Assembly (NCBI GenBank): GCA_035369485.1
Contig: DAOSMC010000001.1
Span: 2,283-66,282 of the forward strand
Direction of reading: 5' to 3'
DNA length: 64,000 nucleotides
DNA from: Minisyncoccota bacterium
GTDB taxonomy: Bacteria; Patescibacteriota; Minisyncoccia; UBA6257; JAAZHW01
The notes beneath the pieces are model-generated. The model was not told the DNA's origin. It did not search any database and saw only the letters and a program-made list of their open reading frames with translations. The first letter of the stretch is position 1; each line of letters begins with the position of its first letter. The translations under genes were made by a program, and so were the position numbers. Shown here piece after piece: positions 1 to 7,527 of the stretch.

Positions 1-67
1 ATAATTATAGAGCTTGCTATTTAGAGAGTTTGTGATTTGTAGAGATAATGATGGTAAAAAGAATTTT

Positions 68-101
68 ATGGGGCTGTTATGCTTTAGCATAACAGCCCCA
101 T
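68..101. repeat. Perfect hairpin H1 (15-bp stem) with conserved core TGTTATGCT-TTAG-AGCATAACA and outer arms GGGGC/GCCCC
   Basis: Left arm atggggctgttatgc at 68-82 pairs exactly with gcataacagccccat at 87-101. It shares its core with the hairpins at 208-235 and 357-411. Confidence 0.7.
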
Positions 102-207
102 CTCCAACTAAATTTGTTTGATTTATAATTTGCTATATTTGACTGTTAATTTGTAATTTGCTAATTAATACAGCACGGTAGTAAAACTAAGAACTAAATA
201 ATTTTAG

Positions 208-235
208 TTGGTGTTATGCTATAGCACAACACCAA
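208..235. repeat. Hairpin H2 with the same core (TGTTATGCTATAGCAcAACA), one mismatch, outer arms TTGG/CCAA
   Basis: ttggtgttatgct at 208-220 pairs with agcacaacaccaa at 223-235. It lies inside a larger 8-bp stem, 165-172 acggtagt pairing with 238-245 actaccgt, which also closes a second small hairpin aactaaa/tttagtt at 193-209. Confidence 0.65.
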
Positions 236-356
236 CCACTACCGTAATTTATCAAAAAACAGTAAAATTATTTAATTATTATTTGTTTATGCTTATTTGG
301 TAGGTTGTTTTGGGGTTGTTGGTCGCTTAGTCTGGCGGGAGAAGAACTATGTTGGT

Positions 357-411
357 TCTGCCGAGGCTCGCTGTTATGCTATAGCATAACAGCGAGCCTC
401 GGCCTCGGCAG
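357..411. repeat. Hairpin H3, a 20-bp perfect stem with the same core and outer arms GAGGCTCGC/GCGAGCCTC
   Basis: 360-379 is the exact reverse complement of 384-403. An additional ctgccgagg/cctcggcag pairing extends it to 357-411. Confidence 0.7.
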
Positions 412-675
412 AGAAAACAGAAGGAAGCGAGAGTAAACAACTCAACTTGAGTGACATCGGATTTACTATAAGGATTTAATTTGCTATTTGGGTAACAATG
501 AAAAAAGAAGAAAAGGGCTATGAACAAGATGAAAAAATGAGACAAAGATAAAAAGAGAAGAAAATAAATTATAGATAAGATATAAAAAAACAAAAAACGG
601 GAATCTAAGACAAAAAGCAACTTAATAAAAAACCATCTTGATTAAGCGACAGCTTTCAAATTTGGAAAATAACCT

Positions 676-704
676 CTATTAGATTTTCAACGAAAGAAGT
701 GCTA
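676..704 (+). promoter_or_regulatory. Candidate sigma70-like promoter, TTAGAT - 18 nt - TGcTATAAT, ending 10 nt before the ATG at 715
   Basis: Extended -10 tgctataat at 696-704 and ttagat at 676-681. The predicted transcription start is about 4 nt before the start codon. Confidence 0.35.
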
Positions 705-714
705 TAATTGGATT

Positions 715-2190
715 ATGCATAAAAATATTAGACGGCGAATTTTTATTTTGGCTAGTTGCATTTTTGTTTTGGCGGCTCTACTTTTAGTTCTTTATTCTTT
801 TGGTTATCGTTGGGACAAAGAAAAATTTCAGCCTGTTTTAACAGGAGGACTATATTTGAGGGTTAATACCGTTAAGCCACAAATTTATTTAGATGGGAAA
901 TTTCTTTCCAAAGCCACGCCGGGATTATTAAGCAGTGGCATTTTTTTGCCTAATTTATTGCCTGATACATATCAGCTAGAAATTAAAAAAGATAATTATT
1001 TTGAGTGGGAAAAGAAAGTGGATATCAAATCGCAGCAAGTAACGAGCTTTTCTTCCATTGTGCTTTTGCCTAAAACTCCACTGGTAACTGATATTTATAA
1101 AATAACCGTAGATAATGCCACTAATACCAAAACAAAATTTCAAGAGGAGATTATTGATTTTTTGCCTTTGGCCAATGGAAAAGAAATTATTATTCAAACA
1201 AAAGAAGTTAGCACAAGTACTAATGCTGTTTTAAAAATTTACAATTTTATTGATGGTTCCAGTGTGGAAATTTATAGACAGAAATTAGCAAAAAACGAAA
1301 CACTCAATTTAATTCCCCGTTTAAAAATCAACGACGATGAAGCTAATGAAGTGATTTTTGATCTAACCAAAAATAATATCCAAATCTTTTATTTATGGCA
1401 GAGGATTGAGCCAGAGAGAATCCAGAGTTTATCACAACAAATTACAACGACATTTAAACTGAAAAATCCGATTCAGAAAATTGAGTTCTATCCAAACATT
1501 GAGGGCAAATACATTGTTTTAAGCGGTAAGGATTTGATGGTTGTTGATTTTACCAAGAATGAAACAAAAAAAATTATTAGTGATATAGTTGATTTTCAAT
1601 CTAAAGACTATGTGCTTTTTTGGCTTGAGCAAAGCGGAGCAATATTTAGCTATAATTTGATTCTTGGCTTTTCTACTCCTTTGGGTATTATTGAATTACC
1701 GGATAAATTTAGCGTGACGAGAATGGAAATTGCGCCTAATAGTCAATGCTTTGCTCTTTTATTAGATAATAATGAGTGGTATTTTTTTAGAGCCGGCCAA
1801 TCAATGGAAAAAATAAATGATGTTGTAAAATTTGTTTTTGCACCTGATAGTAAAAAAGTTGTTTATTTAACCAAGACGGGAGATGTACGAATGAGATTTT
1901 TAAGCGATATTGCGGGCGATGTAATAAGAAAGAAGGGGGATGAAGTTTTGATTAGAGCTAATGTTTCTTCAAGCGCTGATTTGGAATGGTATGCCGATAG
2001 TCAGCATTTGATTGTAGCAGAGGGGAAAATAATTTATTTTTCCGAGATAGACGATCGAGATCAAATTAATACTTTTATTCAAGAGTTTGAGTTTGATCAT
2101 TATTTATTAACAAATAAGAAGAGCGGTACGGTGTGGGGTATGCGGCCGGATTTAATTCAGAAAATTGACTTAGTGTATCAAAAGGTTTAA
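715..2190 (+). CDS. Membrane-anchored protein with an N-terminal TM helix, a PEGA-like domain and a C-terminal beta-propeller-like region
   Basis: Hydrophobic N-terminus ILASCIFVLAALLLVLY. A PEGA-like motif (YLDGKFLSKATPGLL...GIFLPNLLPDTYQLEIKKDNYFEWEKKV). The C-terminal repeats resemble TolB/WD-like blades. Ends in TAA. Confidence 0.45.
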   Translation: MHKNIRRRIFILASCIFVLAALLLVLYSFGYRWDKEKFQPVLTGGLYLRVNTVKPQIYLDGKFLSKATPGLLSSGIFLPNLLPDTYQLEIKKDNYFEWEKKVDIKSQQVTSFSSIVLLPKTPLVTDIYKITVDNATNTKTKFQEEIIDFLPLANGKEIIIQTKEVSTSTNAVLKIYNFIDGSSVEIYRQKLAKNETLNLIPRLKINDDEANEVIFDLTKNNIQIFYLWQRIEPERIQSLSQQITTTFKLKNPIQKIEFYPNIEGKYIVLSGKDLMVVDFTKNETKKIISDIVDFQSKDYVLFWLEQSGAIFSYNLILGFSTPLGIIELPDKFSVTRMEIAPNSQCFALLLDNNEWYFFRAGQSMEKINDVVKFVFAPDSKKVVYLTKTGDVRMRFLSDIAGDVIRKKGDEVLIRANVSSSADLEWYADSQHLIVAEGKIIYFSEIDDRDQINTFIQEFEFDHYLLTNKKSGTVWGMRPDLIQKIDLVYQKV

Positions 2191-2239
2191 AGAATTGAGG
2201 AAGTTGTGAGGCAAGCGAGTAAACAAAATGATGGAAAGG

Positions 2240-2284
2240 AAAGTGGCGGCGGAAAATTTCTTTGAAATTTTCCGCCGCCACTTT
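2240..2284. repeat. GC-stem palindromic element, copy A: perfect 21-bp stem, loop TTT, A-tract/T-tract flanks; putative bidirectional terminator
   Basis: aaagtggcggcggaaaatttc-ttt-gaaattttccgccgccacttt. Family consensus GGCGGCGG-AAAATTTC-TTT-GAAATTTT-CCGCCGCC. Lies downstream of the 715-2190 CDS. Confidence 0.75.
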
Positions 2285-2475
2285 CATTGTTTAAAATACG
2301 GGTAAAAAATTATCTGAATGATTGACGCAGTTAGAAGAGATCTTTTCTGGCTATCTTTATGAGAACAACAAAAATGAAAAATTTAATGTATAAAACCTCG
2401 ATTTTTTTATTTGCTTTTTGGTAATTATTTTGATACATTAAAAGAGATAGTTTAAATAATAAAAATCCAACTAAA

Positions 2476-4155
2476 ATGGCGGATCAAGATGAAGCAAAAA
2501 AACTGAGCCATATATTAGAAGGGACGAGAGAAGCGGCCGAAGAGCGAGAAGCTGAAAGGTTGGCTAAAAGTCTTAAATTCCAATATGCCAATCTGACAAA
2601 ATTTGCTTCTCAGACTCAGGCCCTTCAGTTAATTAACGAGGAAGAGGCGCGAGCAGCTTTATGCGCGCCATTTAATGTTCAACAAAAAAAGGTATTTTTA
2701 GCGTGTAAGAATCCAGCGCTTGACGCAACAAAAAACGTGATTGATAGTTTAAAGCAACGAGGATATGAAGTGGAGATATTTGTGGTTTCTTCTAAATCGT
2801 TGGAGACTTTGTGGAAAGGATATAAGTTTATTACCGGTCGGAAAAAAGAAATTACCGGTGGTTTGGAAATTGATGCTAATCGATTGGCGGAACTATCGAG
2901 CGAGATAAAAAATATTGCCATTTTGAAAGAAAAAATTGATAAATTTGATAGTCCTTATATTTCTCAAATCTTTGAAATTATTATTGCAGGCGCTTTAACA
3001 ATGGATGCTTCTGATGTTCATATTGAGCCAGAAGAAAGCGGCGTGAGGTTAAGATATCGATTAGATGGCGTTTTGCAAGATATTGTTGATTTGAATGAAC
3101 ATTATTATCGCTCAATTTTATCAAGAATTAAATTGCTGGGTGGGATGAAGATTAATATTCATACCGCGCCTCAAGATGGACGTTTTACAATTAAAACAAA
3201 AGATTTAGAAATTGAAGTGCGTGTTTCAATTATTCCGAGTGCGTATGGTGAAACTGTGGTCATGCGCTTGCTTGATCCACGGAGAATCCAATTAGATTTA
3301 AAAGAATTAGGGTTTCGCGAAGACGACTTAGTTATTATTGAAGAGCAAGTTGCTCGGCCTAATGGGTTGATTTTGAACACTGGACCAACTGGTTCAGGTA
3401 AAACCACTACCTTATATGCATTTTTGAGACGCATTTATCAACCAGGCATTAAAATTATCACCATTGAAGATCCAATAGAATATCATTTAGAAGGAATTAC
3501 TCAAACACAAGTTAATCCCACGAGAGATTATACTTTTGCTAATGGTTTGCGTTCTATTCTGAGACAAGATCCGGATGTAATTTTGGTGGGAGAAATTCGT
3601 GATAATGAAACAGCGGAAATTGCAATGCATGCCGCATTAACAGGTCATCTTGTATTATCAACGCTTCATACAAATGATGCGTGCGGTACTATCCCGCGGC
3701 TTTTAGACATGAAGGTGCAGCCAGCGATTTTGGCGCCAGCTTTAAATTTAGCCATTGCTCAACGATTGGTGAGAAAACTTTGTGTTCATTGTCGGGAAAA
3801 GGTAGAGGCTACAGCAGAGCAAGCTGAAAAAATTCGTAAAGTAATAGAACGGCTTCCGGATCGAGTTAAGAAACCAACACTCGGCAAACAAATTACTTTT
3901 TACAAATCGAAAGGTTGCGAACTTTGTAATGGTACGGGCTATAAAGGACGAATAGCGATTGCGGAATTATTAGTGGTTGATAGAGAAATCCAGGATTTAA
4001 TTAATCAAGGCGATCGTATGCCGACGGCGAATGAAATTAAGGATTTGGCAATTAAAAAGGGGATGACTACGATGGAAGATGATGCTATTTTGAAGATTTT
4101 AGATGGAATTACCAGCTTATCTGAGGCAGAAAATGTGTTGGGAAAGTTGTTATAA
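2476..4155 (+). CDS. GspE/PilB-family secretion ATPase; second PilB paralog, distant from the pilus locus
   Basis: N-terminal GspE_N-like region, Walker A GPTGSGKTTT, Asp/His boxes and a C-terminal tetracysteine motif (CVHC...CELC). Confidence 0.75.
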   Translation: MADQDEAKKLSHILEGTREAAEEREAERLAKSLKFQYANLTKFASQTQALQLINEEEARAALCAPFNVQQKKVFLACKNPALDATKNVIDSLKQRGYEVEIFVVSSKSLETLWKGYKFITGRKKEITGGLEIDANRLAELSSEIKNIAILKEKIDKFDSPYISQIFEIIIAGALTMDASDVHIEPEESGVRLRYRLDGVLQDIVDLNEHYYRSILSRIKLLGGMKINIHTAPQDGRFTIKTKDLEIEVRVSIIPSAYGETVVMRLLDPRRIQLDLKELGFREDDLVIIEEQVARPNGLILNTGPTGSGKTTTLYAFLRRIYQPGIKIITIEDPIEYHLEGITQTQVNPTRDYTFANGLRSILRQDPDVILVGEIRDNETAEIAMHAALTGHLVLSTLHTNDACGTIPRLLDMKVQPAILAPALNLAIAQRLVRKLCVHCREKVEATAEQAEKIRKVIERLPDRVKKPTLGKQITFYKSKGCELCNGTGYKGRIAIAELLVVDREIQDLINQGDRMPTANEIKDLAIKKGMTTMEDDAILKILDGITSLSEAENVLGKLL

Positions 4156-4181
4156 AATTCAAATTGTGTAATGTATAATTG

Positions 4182-4226
4182 AAAAAGCGGCGGAAATTTT
4201 CTTTAAGAAAATTTCCGCCGCTTTTT
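4182..4226. repeat. GC-stem palindromic element, copy B: perfect 20-bp stem, A5/T5 flanks; putative terminator of the PilB-like gene
   Basis: aaaaagcggcggaaattttc-tttaa-gaaaatttccgccgcttttt. Confidence 0.75.
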
Positions 4227-4499
4227 CATCCGTCATCAAAATTATTTCATGAATTAATTCATGAAATAATAAACAATGAAAATGCTAATTTAGTATCAAT
4301 TCTTTTATTTTTTAAAAAAATTAAAATAGTGCATTGGTTTTGAAATTCAAGTTTTATTTTTGTCATTCGGAATGAAAGAAGTAGTTTTTAAAATTTGAAG
4401 TGATATAATATTTTTACTTGCGTTTAAAAAAAGCAGATTTATCTTGTTGTCAAAAAAATGAAGTTCAAATAATCGTGTCAGCTGTTTCTGTGTTTTTTA

Positions 4500-4745
4500 A
4501 GTTTTGTTTTAATAAAAAACAGCCCCTTCAACCCGGAGGCAATTTAATCTCGCAAAAAAGATGCGAGCTCAAGAATTTTTTAAGGCCTACCCGCTGACAG
4601 GCGAGTATGATAACCCAGTCGGAACCAGGTTACCCTTAAATAAATTCCCTATAGGCTTTAATTGGGTTGAAATAACGCCAATTGCCCCCAGGTTGAAAAG
4701 GCTGTTTCGGGTAACTATTTTTAAGAGAACAATAATCCTATAATG
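4500..4745. ncRNA. Candidate structured ncRNA of unknown class (GC-enriched island inside an 880-bp gene-free gap)
   Basis: GC content is clearly above the AT-rich surroundings. Local stems ctcgca/tgcgag at 4549-4567 and gctgttt/aaacagc at 4482-4517. No convincing ORF: the 60-aa track ORF at 4561-4743 is not protein-like. I could not recognise the family by eye. Confidence 0.25.
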
Positions 4746-4996
4746 ATATTATAGCACACCTAAAGATAAAAGTCAATAGTTTGACGGATATCGTAAAAAT
4801 GGTTAAATAACTAAAAATTAAAGAAGTAAAATGTATTATAGTGTTTAGTTATTTTAATGTCAAGAGGGGAGTTGGGGATAAGTTTAGCCCCCCAAAATTA
4901 TAAATTTTAGATTCTTCAATAAGGTAAATTACTGCTTTAATATTTTCCAAGCGTTATATTTATTATTAGAGTTGAAGATCAACTAATTTTTACACT

Positions 4997-5025
4997 TTGA
5001 CTTTTAAGATTTTGATTAATATAAT
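4997..5025 (+). promoter_or_regulatory. Near-consensus sigma70 promoter for ruvB: TTGACT - 17 nt - TATAAT, with the TSS about 6 nt before the ATG
   Basis: ttgact at 4997-5002, a 17-nt spacer, tataat at 5020-5025 and the start codon at 5038. Implies a leaderless or near-leaderless mRNA. Confidence 0.5.
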
Positions 5026-5037
5026 AAAAGTATTACC

Positions 5038-6051
5038 ATGTCTAAGAATATTTTCAAATCGGATCCACTACTTGATAATGCCCTGCGACCAAAACGATGG
5101 GAAGATTTTATCGGTCAAGAAAAAGTGAAAAAAAATTTAAGAATTATGTTGGGAGCGGCGCAAAAAAGAGAAGAGGTAGTAGACCACCTGCTTTTTTATG
5201 GCGGAGCAGGGTTGGGAAAAACAACACTAGCTTATTTAATTGCAGAAGAGATTCATGCCAATTTGAAAATTACATCTGGTCCAGCAATTGAAAAAGCAGC
5301 AGATCTAGCATCACTTCTCGCTAATTTAGAAGAAGGAGATATATTATTTATTGATGAAATCCATCGTTTAAATAAAATGATTGAAGAAATTTTATATTCT
5401 GCTATGGAATCGCGGGTTTTGAATTTAGTTTTAGGCAAACGTTCTTCTACTCGCGCTGTTCAATTAGATTTGCCGCCTTTTACTTTAATTGGTGCCACAA
5501 CAAGAATTGGCTTACTCTCCAGCCCCTTACGTTCTCGTTTTGGAGCTATTTTCAAATTGGATTTTTATGATTTAGAAGATATAAAAAAGATTTTGCAAAA
5601 CAATGCTAGGTTGCTGGGTGTTAATATTTCGGAAGAGGCAATGGAAATTTTAGCTCGAGCCAGTCGAGCCACTCCGCGAGTTGCCAATCGTTTGCTCAAA
5701 CGAAGTCGCGATTTGGCGACAATCGAAGGTAAGAGCGAGATTGATGCTGCAATTAGCCGCAAAATTTTAGAGTTATTTGATATTGATGAGTGGGGATTAG
5801 AAGCAACAGATCGAAAGATTTTAGAGGTAATTGTTGATCGATTTAATGGAGGGCCAGTGGGCATTAAAGCTTTAGCTGCCGCGACCAATGAAGAAGAAGA
5901 TACGATTGAAGAAATTTATGAACCATATTTAATGCGATTGGGTCTTTTAGAGCGTACAACACGTGGCCGAATGGTGAGCGATGCCGGATATAAACATTTA
6001 AATCTTTATCATTTAGCACAGAAAGGCGAACAAAAGAAATTGATAGATTGA
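5038..6051 (+). CDS. ruvB: Holliday junction branch-migration helicase RuvB
   Basis: AAA+ Walker A GGAGLGKTT, the conserved RuvB N-terminus (LRPKRWEDFIGQEKVKKNL) and a C-terminal winged helix. Ends in TGA. Confidence 0.9.
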   Translation: MSKNIFKSDPLLDNALRPKRWEDFIGQEKVKKNLRIMLGAAQKREEVVDHLLFYGGAGLGKTTLAYLIAEEIHANLKITSGPAIEKAADLASLLANLEEGDILFIDEIHRLNKMIEEILYSAMESRVLNLVLGKRSSTRAVQLDLPPFTLIGATTRIGLLSSPLRSRFGAIFKLDFYDLEDIKKILQNNARLLGVNISEEAMEILARASRATPRVANRLLKRSRDLATIEGKSEIDAAISRKILELFDIDEWGLEATDRKILEVIVDRFNGGPVGIKALAAATNEEEDTIEEIYEPYLMRLGLLERTTRGRMVSDAGYKHLNLYHLAQKGEQKKLID

Positions 6052-6106
6052 TTATAATAAAATTCAAAAGTCCGCCGGGGACGAGTAAATTCTTTTAATT
6101 AAAGAT

Positions 6107-6143
6107 GGCGGCGGAAAATTTTCGAAGAAAATTTTCCGCCGGC
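6107..6143. repeat. GC-stem palindromic element, copy C: 15-bp perfect stem plus an imperfect extension
   Basis: ggcggcggaaaattttc-gaa-gaaaattttccgccggc. Sits between ruvB and the LTD gene. The ORF-track start at 6105 reads through it. Confidence 0.7.
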
Positions 6144-6182
6144 CGCAAATTCATTTCTCAAAACAACCAATCAAAGTTTTAT

Positions 6183-7520
6183 ATGTTTAAACATTATTTT
6201 TCTTTTCTTATAGTTGCCTTGAGCGTCTTGTTGTTTTTTCCTTTGGTTCAAGCACTGGCTGTGGGGCCGGTGATTATTAATGAAATAATGTATGATTTAC
6301 AAGGAACAGACACAGATCATGAGTGGGTAGAAATTAAAAATATTTCAGATCAAGCAGTTGATTTGAAAGATTGGCGTTTTTATGACGGGAGCAATCATTT
6401 ATTAAATGAACCTCCTCAAAATGGCGGGCAGGGCAGTTTAATTATTGCGCCTGGTGGTTATGCTGTTTTAGCTGACAAAGCAGATGTTTTTTTAGCTGAT
6501 CATCCGGGTTTTGGTGGGATCGTGATTGATACGGTGATGAGTTTGAATAATACTGAGGAAACCGTGCAACTTATTGATCAAAGCGGCAATAGTATTGAAA
6601 AAATAAACTATCAGAAGGAAATGGGTGGCAACGGCAATGGTTATTCGTTGGAGCGTACGGGTGATTTTTCGATGCAATTTTGTGAATCTAATCAATTAGG
6701 AGGTTCGCCCGGCCAAGCTAATAATTTTGATTGCAATAAATCCTCTTTTATGCCGACTCCTTCGTTGACAGCGATGAATACGCCTACGCTAATGATGGCA
6801 ACTGTTTCTCCTAGCGCTTCCCCCGAAACGATTTTAGAAGATACGATTATTGAAAGTGAAGATAATTTGTTGCGAACGACGCCCATTGCTTCTTCGCCAG
6901 TGATAAAAGTAAGCATTATTATTAATGAATTTTTACCTAATCCAACCGGTTCTGATACAGACAATGAGTGGATTGAATTATATAATAACAGCGATGTTAA
7001 AGTAGCGCTTACAGATTGGTGGATTGAAGATGCGAGCGGGCAGAAATATACTTTTAAAGATGAAGAAATAATGAGTCAGGGTTATTTAACCCTTCCTTAT
7101 TCCAAAACGAAAATTACTTTAAATAACAATGGTGAAACTTTGAGTTTATATTCACCTCGAGGAGAATTAGCTTTTAAAATTTCTTATTCGGGCAAAGCCA
7201 ACGAGGGTATGTCTTTTGCGCGAGCCGGCCAAAATGACTGGCGATGGACTTCAATTCTTACTCCTAATAAGCAGAATCAATTTTCAAGCGAATCATCGCA
7301 AAATACGGAATTAGCAATTCAACAGATGGATGAATCGGATGTTGCTGAAAATAATGCGCCTTCAACTGTTGATGCCGACTCTTCTTTAAAGCAGCAGACA
7401 GTAACGAGTTCGATATCAAACGCGTCAGATAAGATAATTATTGTTGCTATTGGATTGGGTTTAATATTAAGTGTAGTAGCAGCAATTTTTATTAAAAAGA
7501 TTTTACCGCCAGTTCATTGA
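6183..7520 (+). CDS. Lamin-tail-domain (LTD) surface protein with a signal/TM N-terminus, two LTD repeats and a C-terminal TM anchor
   Basis: Two copies of the LTD signature (VIINEIMYD..GTDTDHEWVEIKN and IIINEFLPNPTGSDTDNEWIELYN) and a C-terminal hydrophobic IIIVAIGLGLILSVVAAIFI. The start was moved to the ATG at 6183 because 6105-6143 is the palindrome. Confidence 0.6.
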   Translation: MFKHYFSFLIVALSVLLFFPLVQALAVGPVIINEIMYDLQGTDTDHEWVEIKNISDQAVDLKDWRFYDGSNHLLNEPPQNGGQGSLIIAPGGYAVLADKADVFLADHPGFGGIVIDTVMSLNNTEETVQLIDQSGNSIEKINYQKEMGGNGNGYSLERTGDFSMQFCESNQLGGSPGQANNFDCNKSSFMPTPSLTAMNTPTLMMATVSPSASPETILEDTIIESEDNLLRTTPIASSPVIKVSIIINEFLPNPTGSDTDNEWIELYNNSDVKVALTDWWIEDASGQKYTFKDEEIMSQGYLTLPYSKTKITLNNNGETLSLYSPRGELAFKISYSGKANEGMSFARAGQNDWRWTSILTPNKQNQFSSESSQNTELAIQQMDESDVAENNAPSTVDADSSLKQQTVTSSISNASDKIIIVAIGLGLILSVVAAIFIKKILPPVH

Positions 7521-7527
7521 TGAAATT

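Noticed and set aside
61-420. CRISPR array interpretation of the three conserved-core hairpins
   Set aside because: The repeats are not identical direct repeats, the spacing is 140-160 bp and not 30-40 bp, only the palindromic core is shared, and no cas genes are present in the window.
327-620. 97-aa minus-strand ORF in the 5' gene-free region
   Set aside because: It is translated from an A/G-rich low-complexity stretch (Phe/Leu/Ser runs) and overlaps hairpin H3. It has no protein-like composition, so it is an artefact of base composition.
2075-2287. Minus-strand 70-aa ORF and the N-terminal extensions of the track ORFs at 6105, 10697 and 10731 (minus) encoding ..AAENFKEIFRR..
   Set aside because: These peptides are direct translations of the GC-stem palindromes, which read similarly on both strands. 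The true starts are the internal ATGs at 6183, 10796 and 10626.
4561-4743. 60-aa plus-strand ORF in the long gap
   Set aside because: No motifs, an odd composition, and it lies exactly on the GC-enriched structured segment. It is better explained as a non-coding RNA or regulatory DNA.
4500-4745. Assignment of the GC-rich island to RNase P RNA or SRP RNA
   Set aside because: I found fragmentary resemblances to RNase P (UAUAGGG, GGUAAC-CUGG) and SRP (CCGGAA-like) motifs on both strands. These are short, and both strands matched about equally well, which suggests chance. I left the class unassigned pending a covariance-model scan.
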